Below are positions 54,930-63,500 of a DNA stretch of 64,000 nucleotides, in pieces. The translations under genes and the position numbers were made by a program. The notes below the pieces were generated by a model. It had not been told where the DNA came from, searched no databases, and saw nothing but the letters and a program-made list of their open reading frames with translations. The first letter of the stretch is position 1, and every line of letters starts with the position of its first letter. Source of the stretch: Patescibacteria group bacterium (GTDB taxonomy: Bacteria; Patescibacteriota; Patescibacteriia; SG8-24); NCBI GenBank assembly GCA_041667185.1, contig JBAYFM010000004.1, positions 9,097 through 73,096 of the forward strand. Direction: 5' to 3'.

Positions 54930-56480
54930 ATGCGCATCAGTCCCGACAACCTGATCAACCGGATCAAAGCCTATAATCCGCAAGCCGACGTTGACATGGT
55001 CCGGCTGGCTTTCGAATACGCCGAAGCCGCCCACGCCGGCCAGAAACGCCTCTCGAACGAACCCTACATCCTCCATTCGCTCCGCACGGCCGAGATCCTG
55101 GGCGACATGAAGCTGCCCGTGCCGATCGTGATCGCCGGTCTCCTGCATGACGTGCCGGAAGACACCGAAGTCACGCTCGCGGATATCCAGAAGAACTTCG
55201 GCGACGACGTCGCGTCGATGGTCGCCGGCATCACCAAGCTCGGCAAGATCAAGTACCGCGGCATCGACCGCTACGTGGAGAACCTGCGCAAGATGTTCGT
55301 GGCCATGGCTTCGGACGTGCGGGTCATCCTGATCAAATTCGCGGACCGCATCCACAACCTGGAGACCCTCGCCGCCCTGCCGCCGGCCAAGCGCCTGCGG
55401 ATCGCGCTCGAGTCGCTCGAGATCTACTCCCCCATCGCCGGCCGGCTCGGCATGTACCAGATCAAGAGCCGCATCGAGGACCTGGCTTTCAAGCACGCTA
55501 TGCCCAAGGAATACGAGTGGGTCCGCGATCTCACCCAGCGCGCGATCAAGATCAGGAAGAACTACATCGAGAAGATCCGCCTGCTCATGGCCGACGAACT
55601 GAAAAAAGCCAACGTGCCGGTCCTGAGCATCGAGGGCCGGGTCAAGCACCCCTATAGCCTCTACCTCAAGCTGCTCAAATACGACCGCGACATCGCCCGG
55701 ATCCACGATCTCATCGCGCTCCGGATCATCCTGCCGGTCGTCGGCGACTGCTACGCCGCGCTCGGCATCATCCACCAGCTCTGGAAACCGCTCAAAGGAC
55801 GGATCAAGGATTACATCGCCGTCCCGAAACCGAACGGCTACAAGTCGCTGCACACCACCGTCTTCTGCGAGGACGGCGAAATCGTCGAATTCCAGATCCG
55901 CACCCAGCAGATGCACGACGAAGCGGAACGCGGCATCTACGCCCACTGGCAGTATGACGAGGACGGCAAGCGGGCTTCGGCCGCCGTGCGCCGCCAGCTC
56001 GCCTGGGTCCAGGAACTGGCCGGTCTGCAGACGGACGTGGACGGCGAGGACGCCCCGCTCGAGTCCCTCGAATCGCTGAAGATCGACGTCTTCCAGAACC
56101 GCATCTTCGTCTTCACGCCCAGCGGCGACGTCATCGATCTGCCGGAAGGCGCCACGCCGGTCGATTTCGCCTACGCTATCCACTCGCAGATCGGCGACAC
56201 CTGCGTCGGCGCGCGCATCAACGACCAGATCATCAGCCTCGACACCCGACTGTCCTCCGGCGACGTCTGCGAGATCATCACCGACAAGAACCGCAAGAGC
56301 CCGAATCCGGACTGGCTCAGTTTCGTGAAGACCGGCTGCGCCCGGAACCATATCCGCAGCATGGCCAAAACCAAACTGGCCCGCTGGCTCAAAGAGACCA
56401 GCCATGAAAACGAGGCCGAGGAAGCCCACGACCAGTCCAAAAAAACGCCGCCGAAGTCCGCCTCGTCCAAGAACCGCTGA
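54930..56480 (+). CDS. rel: Short (516 aa) RelA/SpoT-family (p)ppGpp synthetase/hydrolase: HD + synthetase + TGS, no ACT/C-terminal regulatory region
   Basis: HD motif LLHDVPEDT. Synthetase region with YKSLHTTV and the catalytic loop. TGS-like IFVFTPSGDVIDLPEGATPVDFAYAIH. Confidence 0.85.
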   Translation: MRISPDNLINRIKAYNPQADVDMVRLAFEYAEAAHAGQKRLSNEPYILHSLRTAEILGDMKLPVPIVIAGLLHDVPEDTEVTLADIQKNFGDDVASMVAGITKLGKIKYRGIDRYVENLRKMFVAMASDVRVILIKFADRIHNLETLAALPPAKRLRIALESLEIYSPIAGRLGMYQIKSRIEDLAFKHAMPKEYEWVRDLTQRAIKIRKNYIEKIRLLMADELKKANVPVLSIEGRVKHPYSLYLKLLKYDRDIARIHDLIALRIILPVVGDCYAALGIIHQLWKPLKGRIKDYIAVPKPNGYKSLHTTVFCEDGEIVEFQIRTQQMHDEAERGIYAHWQYDEDGKRASAAVRRQLAWVQELAGLQTDVDGEDAPLESLESLKIDVFQNRIFVFTPSGDVIDLPEGATPVDFAYAIHSQIGDTCVGARINDQIISLDTRLSSGDVCEIITDKNRKSPNPDWLSFVKTGCARNHIRSMAKTKLARWLKETSHENEAEEAHDQSKKTPPKSASSKNR

Positions 56481-56514
56481 AACTTTTACGCCGCCGATTT
56501 AAAAAATATCCCGC

Positions 56515-56537
56515 CTGGTTCAGGCGGGATATTTCGT
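56515..56537. terminator. Bidirectional terminator between rel and parB
   Basis: aaaaaatatcccgcctggttcaggcgggatattt. Confidence 0.7.
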
Positions 56538-56550
56538 ATGTGATCGATCT

Positions 56551-57432
56551 TCAGCGGCGGCCCTGCAACTTTTCCACCAAAGCCTGATATTCCTCTTCGG
56601 AGTAGAAAGACATCATGATCGAACCCTTGGCGCCGCGCTTCTTGATCTCGACCTTGGCCCCCAGGACGTTCCGGATCTGTTCCTCGGCCGCGGCGATCGC
56701 GGGATCCTGGCGCTGGCCGCCGCCGGAACTCTTGCGGACCCCGGCCTCAGCCTCGCGCGTCGTCGTCTTCTTGCCCATGATCTTGCGGAAATACGCCAGA
56801 CGGGCCTTGTCGTCCTTGAGTCCGAGAATGGCGCGGGCATTGCCGGCCGACAGCTCCCCGGTGCCGATGGCTTGCTGGATCTCCGGCGGCAATTCGAGCA
56901 GGCGCAGAGTGTTCGCGACCGTGGACCTGGCCTTGCCGACCTTCTGGGCGATCCCTTCCTGGGTAAGCCCGAATTCCTCGGCCAGCTTGGAATAAGCGAC
57001 CGCCTCTTCGATCGCACTCAGATCCTGGCGCTGGACGTTCTCGATCAGGGCCAATAACAGTTTTTCCCGGGCCGCGGCCGAACGGACGATGACCGGCACG
57101 AAAGGCAGATTGAGGAGTTTGGCCGCGCGCAAACGCCGCTCGCCGGCGATGAGTTCGTAACCGCCGCCGCTCAGGGGCGAAACCACGAGCGGCTGGATGA
57201 TACCGTGCTCGCGGATCGAATTGGTCAGTTCCTCAAGTTCGCGGTGCCGGAAGACCGACCGCGGCTGCTGCGGGTTGGCGACGATCTGCGAGACCGGCAC
57301 ATGCAGGATCTGATTCTCGCCGCGCGGTCCGGACGATGAAGATATGACGGCTGTTTCCGCCGCTGGCCGCTCGATCTTGGGCGGAATCAATGACCCCAAG
57401 CCGCGTCCGAGTCCGGATGATTTCTTGCTCAT
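56551..57432 (-). CDS. parB: Chromosome partitioning protein ParB
   Basis: ParB box IIQPLVVSPLSGGGYELIAGERRLRAAK and an HTH. Confidence 0.9.
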   Translation of the reverse strand: MSKKSSGLGRGLGSLIPPKIERPAAETAVISSSSGPRGENQILHVPVSQIVANPQQPRSVFRHRELEELTNSIREHGIIQPLVVSPLSGGGYELIAGERRLRAAKLLNLPFVPVIVRSAAAREKLLLALIENVQRQDLSAIEEAVAYSKLAEEFGLTQEGIAQKVGKARSTVANTLRLLELPPEIQQAIGTGELSAGNARAILGLKDDKARLAYFRKIMGKKTTTREAEAGVRKSSGGGQRQDPAIAAAEEQIRNVLGAKVEIKKRGAKGSIMMSFYSEEEYQALVEKLQGRR

Positions 57433-57439
57433 ACTCTGA

Positions 57440-58210
57440 TCAGATCGAAGACTCTAATTCCAGGACCTCCTGGGCGAGACTTTCATAGGCCTTGGCCCCT
57501 TTGGACCAGGGATCGTAATGCGCGATGGGCTGGCCATAGCTCGGCGCCTCGGCCAGGCGGACGTTGCGCGGGATGACGGAACGGAAAATCTTGTTGGGAA
57601 AAAATTTCTGCAATTCGCCCAGGACATCATTAGCCAGTTTGTTGCGCGGATCGAACATCGTGAGGACCGCGCCCATGACCTCGAGATCCGGACGCAGACT
57701 GTTCCGGACGAGATCGATGGTGCCCAAGAGCTGGCTCAGACCTTCCAGAGCGTAATATTCCGCCTGCACCGGGATCAGCACCCGATCAGCGGCGGTGAGT
57801 CCGTTCACCGTCAGCAAACCCAGGGACGGCGGACAATCGATGATGACGTAATCGTAATCGTTACGCACGGCCAAAAGCGCGTCAGCCAGACGGAATTCGC
57901 GGCGCTCGAGGTCGACGAGTTCGACAGCTGCTCCAGCCAGATTCGCCGTTGACGGCGCCATTTTAAGACCCTCGGTTTTGGTTGGCACGACCACATCCTT
58001 GAACACCGCCGTGCCGATCAAGGCCTCGTAGATCCCGCGCTCCAGCGACCGATGTTCGACGCCCAAACCAGAGGTCGCGTTCGATTGCGGGTCCAGATCC
58101 ACGAGAAGGACGAACTTGCCGCGAAGCGCCAAATAAGCCGCCAGATTGACCGCGGTCGTCGTCTTGCCGACACCACCTTTTTGATTGACCACTGATATGA
58201 TGTAGGCCAT
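57440..58210 (-). CDS. parA: Chromosome partitioning ATPase ParA (Soj)
   Basis: Deviant Walker A NQKGGVGKTTTAVNLA. Confidence 0.9.
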   Translation of the reverse strand: MAYIISVVNQKGGVGKTTTAVNLAAYLALRGKFVLLVDLDPQSNATSGLGVEHRSLERGIYEALIGTAVFKDVVVPTKTEGLKMAPSTANLAGAAVELVDLERREFRLADALLAVRNDYDYVIIDCPPSLGLLTVNGLTAADRVLIPVQAEYYALEGLSQLLGTIDLVRNSLRPDLEVMGAVLTMFDPRNKLANDVLGELQKFFPNKIFRSVIPRNVRLAEAPSYGQPIAHYDPWSKGAKAYESLAQEVLELESSI

Positions 58211-58306
58211 AGCGCTATTACTTTACCCGCCAAAAACCATTTTGACAATATGGTCCGATATATTATAATGGCACAGCCTTAAGCTTGTCGTTTTAGCTTA
58301 AAATAG

Positions 58307-58390
58307 GCCGCGGTGGCGGAATGGCAGACGCACGCGACTCAAAATCGCGCGGGGCAACTCATGAGGGTTCGACTCCCTCCCGCGGCACCA
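58307..58390 (+). tRNA. tRNA-Leu (anticodon CAA), long variable arm
   Basis: GCCGCGGTGGCGGAATGGCAGACGCACGCGACTCAAAATCGCGCGGGGCAACTCATGAGGGTTCGACTCCCTCCCGCGGCACCA. Acceptor GCCGCGG/CCGCGGC; anticodon loop CUCAAAA; T-arm GAGGG-TTCGACT-CCCTC; encoded CCA. Confidence 0.85.
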
Positions 58391-58391
58391 T

Positions 58392-58425
58392 CTAAAAATC
58401 GTCTGGGCTTTTACCCAGGCGATTT
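58392..58425 (+). terminator. Terminator hairpin after tRNA-Leu
   Basis: ctaaaaatcgtctgggcttttacccaggcgatttttag. Confidence 0.55.
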
Positions 58426-58559
58426 TTAGCATCCGTGTCTACGAGCGGGAGGGAGTCGAAGGGTACGGCGAGGCTTGCCTAGTATGGCAAGCCGAGACGA
58501 CCCGGGCGGCGAAGGAGGCGGCGCACATGAGGACTTTTCCAGCGCCGCCGGGTGAGCCG

Positions 58560-58766
58560 GACTCCCTCCCGCGGCACCATCCCCCGTCGCTCGAGACAAG
58601 CTCGAGCTATGGGGGATCGTTTTATAAGAGCACCGAACCAACCCCCTCGAAGCTCGCCGGAAGCGAGCGGAGTGGGGTCCCGCGGCACCATCCCCCGTCG
58701 CTCGAGACAAGCTCGAGCTATGAGGGATCGTTTTATCCGAGTACCAAGCCAGCCCCTCGAAGCTCC
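58560..58766 (+). repeat. Two tandem ~95-nt direct repeats, each starting with a copy of the tRNA-Leu 3' end (T-stem 3' strand, CCGCGGCACCA) followed by a near-palindromic hairpin ATCCCCC-GTCG-CTCGAG-ACAAG-CTCGAG-CTAT-GGGGGAT. An inverted fragment (gcgggagggagtc) lies at 58444-58457.
   Basis: Unit 1 58560-58657 and unit 2 58677-58766 align with few mismatches. Both begin with the last ~20 nt of the tRNA-Leu gene. Confidence 0.6.
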
Positions 58767-58830
58767 ATGCAGCGGAAACGAATCAAGACCGTCTCTCGTG
58801 AACAAAAAAAGAGCCCCTCAGACGAAAGGC

Positions 58831-59316
58831 TCAAGAACCGACGATGGCCGCGAGCAGCGACCTGATCACATCCGTGACGCCGAGATAGATCGACACCCAA
58901 ACTGCGGTCGTGAACAGTGTGGCCAGGAACGAATACATCCAGGCCCGTCTTTCGGCCAAGCCCAGGAATCTGCTGACGACGGCGGCGAATAAAGGCCCGA
59001 AGACCAGCGACGAGACAGTCACCAGCGCGAACGCGCCGCGTTGCCGCACGCGCATCCAGAAACCGCCGGAAAACTTCCTCTCATCGACGGTCAGAAAACG
59101 TTCCAGACACGGAAGCACGACATGCGGTTTGCTCTTCGGCGGCGCGAGAACGATGAAAAACAAGCCGACGAGCGCCATGTAAGCTCCGAAATAGGCCGGA
59201 TAGGCCCACAGTCGGAGACTGTGAACAGTGGCGATGATGAAGCCGGAAACGGCGAAATTCGCAATGATCGCGGCCACAGCCAAAACACCATAAATGATCT
59301 TGAGGGCTGATCTCAT
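58831..59316 (-). CDS. Polytopic membrane protein, hypothetical
   Basis: Four or more TM helices; no recognised motifs. Confidence 0.45.
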   Translation of the reverse strand: MRSALKIIYGVLAVAAIIANFAVSGFIIATVHSLRLWAYPAYFGAYMALVGLFFIVLAPPKSKPHVVLPCLERFLTVDERKFSGGFWMRVRQRGAFALVTVSSLVFGPLFAAVVSRFLGLAERRAWMYSFLATLFTTAVWVSIYLGVTDVIRSLLAAIVGS

Positions 59317-59475
59317 TATCGTCCCCTGTCTGTAAAGAGCGCTTCTTGCCGGTCATCCTACCCCCTTCCGACAAAACCGCAAGTCAGCGACTGCCCAGAA
59401 CGGCTGATCCGCTATTCGACAAAAAAAGATCCGGCATCCGGATCTCAAACCGCACAGGCCCGCAGCGGACCGCGG

Positions 59476-59982
59476 CTAAAGGATGAGCTTCACGAGAACG
59501 ACGAGCAGCCCCGTCTGAAAAGCGATCCCGGAATACAGCGGGATATCCCGCTCCAGCCGGCGCAGGCGCTTGATCAAAAAATGATGGTTCCGCATGTGAA
59601 ACTGCTCGAATTTTTCCAGACGCCAGGCCAGACCGCGGTTCTTGCGCGGCTTGAAGATCTTCGAAAGGCCCACCAACAAATCGGGCAACAGTCCGCCGAC
59701 GACGCCGAGCGAGACATTGACCGGCGAGAAAAAATCCTGCTGCAAGAAGAAAACAGCGATCAAAACGACCGTCACGACCGCGTCGATGGCCACATACAGC
59801 ACTGGTTTGAACCGCTGGCCGTTGTTGAATCCGTGGTAAAGCTTCTCGTCGCCATGCGGCACCATGTCCAAAAAGAAATGCGAAACCAGGCCCAAAATGA
59901 AGGCCGAGCTGGGATGCCCGACCGCATTTCCGGCTAAAGCTCCGACGGCAGCATGAACGGCTAAAAACATATCTGCGGCCAT
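59476..59982 (-). CDS. Membrane-bound metal-dependent hydrolase family protein (DUF457/YdjM-like)
   Basis: His-rich motifs HAAVGALAGNAVGH and LVSHFFLDMVPHGDEKLYH within TM segments. Confidence 0.45.
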   Translation of the reverse strand: MAADMFLAVHAAVGALAGNAVGHPSSAFILGLVSHFFLDMVPHGDEKLYHGFNNGQRFKPVLYVAIDAVVTVVLIAVFFLQQDFFSPVNVSLGVVGGLLPDLLVGLSKIFKPRKNRGLAWRLEKFEQFHMRNHHFLIKRLRRLERDIPLYSGIAFQTGLLVVLVKLIL

Positions 59983-60083
59983 AATAACAAAACCTGATAT
60001 TTAAGGCAAATTACTGCTTATTAAGCTCAAAAAATTACTCCCTGGCTCGACAAAAACTGCCTGGTTTTTCAGGTATAGGGGGC

Positions 60084-60374
60084 TTGATTTCCTCAGTTAA
60101 TTATGCTAAGGTTGCCACGAAAAGGAGGATAACCTCAATTTTTAGCCAGAATATGCGAAAAAAGAAGCACAACGCCGACGAGATCCGTTACTGCCAATCG
60201 CGTCTGCATCGCCAACTCTACGAGTTCGGCGATGGCGAAACTTCTTTCCTGGTCACTGTTGACTGGGAGAATAATCAGCCCCTGCGCATGGTGGTCTGCA
60301 AAGACTGCTACCAGACCAACTTAGGCACGTTGATCAAAGAGATCACTATCGAGAAACAGCGAGTTTTCGCCTAA
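60084..60374 (+). CDS. Small hypothetical protein
   Basis: ORF followed by a strong terminator at 60387-60414; no recognised motifs. Confidence 0.3.
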   Translation: MISSVNYAKVATKRRITSIFSQNMRKKKHNADEIRYCQSRLHRQLYEFGDGETSFLVTVDWENNQPLRMVVCKDCYQTNLGTLIKEITIEKQRVFA

Positions 60375-60386
60375 CGAATGAAGACT

Positions 60387-60414
60387 CCCCCAGGCTCCGG
60401 CCTGGGGGTTTTTC
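60387..60414 (+). terminator. Rho-independent terminator
   Basis: ctcccccaggctccggcctgggggtttttcg. Confidence 0.7.
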
Positions 60415-60532
60415 GATCGAGCCGCATCGCCAACAAACGACGAGGCAGAGACAACAAAAAAACCGCCGAGTTGAACTCAGCGGTTTTTGTTATCGATAGC
60501 CCGACCGGATCTGTTCAACGATCCGACGGCGT

Positions 60533-63500
60533 TCAGTGCGACCGACCTCGATGATCTGCAGTGAACCGGTGCGCGGTATAATTTTTGAGGTACACGGAAT
60601 CATCATCGGCATGTACGGTCACTTGGATGAACTTAGTCGCTAACTGGCCAAGACTCACCCGACCGGTAGAAACGCCGGCGTACGCCCCGGTCTCCGGATC
60701 CTGAACGATCGCCAAGTAATCCATCGTCGGTCGTATGCCCAGAACGGACACCCCGGACGAATCGGTCGTCGCGGAGGTGAACGGCGCACAATTGTCATAG
60801 ACCACGCCATAATTGTGCGGATTCGTTCCGATCGCGACCACACAGGCGTCATTCTTGGCGAAGAGCTTCACTGTCGCGCCGACAACAGCTTCTTTTGCGT
60901 CACCCGAATATGACCTATCTTTGAGTGTCTGACGTTGGACAGTCACCTGCACGGCGCTCGGGCAACCCTGCCAGGCAACCCTGCCGGGTGTCACCGGGCA
61001 CGCATCAAACTCATCCTCGGCGCCATCGCCATCATCATCGCTGCCAGCCTCGACGACCGTATTGTGGAGACCAGTGAGCGTGACGACGCTGTTCGCGGCG
61101 TCCACCGCGATAGTCTTGCCTGGCGCATATTCCACGCTCGTACCCGGAGCCGGAATGAGCACGCGCAGAGACGGGAGACAGCCGGTGCCGGTGGAAAACT
61201 CGGCTTCAGGAGAATCATCGACACAGGCGTAATTGCCGGAACCGCGCGGAATCTGAACGGTCTTGGTCTGACCCGGCGGAAGTTGGGCCTCGATCTGGAT
61301 CTTCGGTTTGTTCACGTTGCCGCTCCGGACATCCAGTTCGATGGACGCATTCGGCGAGAGCGGCGTTGTTCCGGCCGGGAACATCACGCCGTAGGAGGCA
61401 CCATTGTTCCCGGTTATCGTGCAAGCGAACGAACCGTCCGGATTCATCACGCAGCTGACCAGCGCCCCGCCGGAAACGGCCACTGGAGGCACGACCGTGG
61501 AGAGCGTCCAATCATAGACCGCGGGCGTCGAATCGGTATTACCGGCGAGATCCGTCGCGCGAACAGCGAAACTGTGCGCGCCGTCCGCCAGACCGACATA
61601 AGAAACACCGCTGACGCAGGCCGCATACGCCCCGCCATCAAGACTGCACTCGAAAGCGCTCGGTGTCTCGCTGGAAACGAACTGAAACACGACAGTGGAG
61701 GCCGACGAGGGCGGAGTCGCGGTGATCGTCGTCTCCGGAGCCATGGTATCGCGGATGACCGCGACCGAGTCCGAACCGATGCCGCCGCCATTGGCAGCCG
61801 ATCGAGTAATGACATTCTCACCCTCGATCAACAGCTGTTCGGTCAACTCCGATGTCTGAACGACGCCATTCACGGTCCAGGCGACCGAGATCGTTGTCTG
61901 GTTCGTAAGCAAGCCGTCAGCCGGCTCTGTGATCACGACAGTCGGCGGCAGCGTCCGGCACAGGTTCATATCATAGGCAACCGTAACATAATCCTGCTCG
62001 CCGCCGATGCGACCGAAGCCGGCAACCACGATATTTCCATCATTCCGGATAACGACCGCATACGCCCGATCATCGCCAGCGGCGACATCCGTCATTACTT
62101 TACCATCATCGCTGAACGAGAGATCAAGCGTACCGTTGGCGTTATAGATCGCGAGGGCGACATCGTTGCTGGCACCGTTGTAAACATAACCAGCGACCAC
62201 AATCTTGCCGTCAAGCCGCACCGCGACCGCTCGCGCTTGTTCGTTACCAGTTCCCGTCCCCATGGTCGTGACGGTCCAGCCATTATTCCCAAAAGAGAGG
62301 TCAAGCGAACCGTCGGCGTTGTAGCGCGCGAGGCCAAAACCGCTGTAATTTCCCAGATAAGCGCCGCCAACGGCGATGATCTTACCATCAGGCTGAACCG
62401 CCACGGCGTAGGCGTCATCGCTTCCGAAATAACCCGTGCCGAGATTCGTCATGACGATACCGGCTTTCCCGTCCAGATCAGCGCCGCTGCCGAACGAGGC
62501 GTCGAGCGAGCCGTCGGCGTTGTAGCGCGCGAGGGCGAAATAATCAGCCATGTATCCTTGCGTGAAGCCCGCAGCAACGATCTTCCCATCAGGCTGGATC
62601 GTCACGGCATACGCGCCGTCGCTGTAATTCGTCCAGGCGGTGGTGCCGACATCAGTTATCACTTTGCCGTCGCCATCGAACGAGGCATCGAGCGAGCCGT
62701 CGGCGTTGTAGCGCGCGAGAGCGAAATCCTGGCCAAGATTATTTGCCACGGCACCCGCAACCACGATCTTGCCATCGGCTTGAATCGCAACAGCATACCC
62801 GCGATCAACATTCGCGACCATATCCGTGGTCACTTTACCGTCGCCGTCGAACGTAGTATCGAGCGAGCCGTCGGCGTTATAGCGGACCACGGCAAAATCA
62901 TGACCAATATCGGAATAAGCAGTGCCTGCGGCCACGATCTTCCCATCGGCTTGGATCGCAACGCTATTCGCCTGCGCCTGCCGACTGCTCCCCACTGGCG
63001 TGACCACCTGGCCACCGACGCCGAACGTGGTATCGAGCGAGCCGTCGGCATTCTGCCGGGCGACGGCGAAATGCCGCACGCCGGCAAACTCCACGCTCCC
63101 TGCAAGGACCGTCTTGCCATCAGGCTGCAAAGCGATCGCGTTCGCCTGGGCCACGCCATGTCCGACCGACGTGGTCACTTTGCCATCGCCGTCGAACGAG
63201 GCGTCGAGCGAGCCGTCGGCGTTGTAGCGCGCGAGAGCGAAATTCTCGGCCGCATTGGTGGTAGTGATCATGGCATAGCCAACCAGGATGATCTTGTCGG
63301 CGCCCCAGGATACGATCGCGCGACCCTGCTCCCCTGCCGTGCCGATACCCGTGGTCAATATGCCATCGCCATCGAACGAGGCATCGAGCGAGCCGTCGGC
63401 GTTGTAGCGCGCGAGGGCAAAATCATAGGTCGTGGTGCTGTTCACGTAGGCCGAACCGCCCGCGATGATCTTGCCGTCGGTCTGGATCATGATCGAGTAA

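Noticed and set aside
58426-58992. Overlapping ORFs on both strands in the tRNA-Leu repeat region (94-146 aa, with internal peptide repeats)
   Set aside because: Their internal repeats simply mirror the tandem DNA repeat. Both strands are 'coding' at the same place, which is characteristic of repeat DNA rather than genes.
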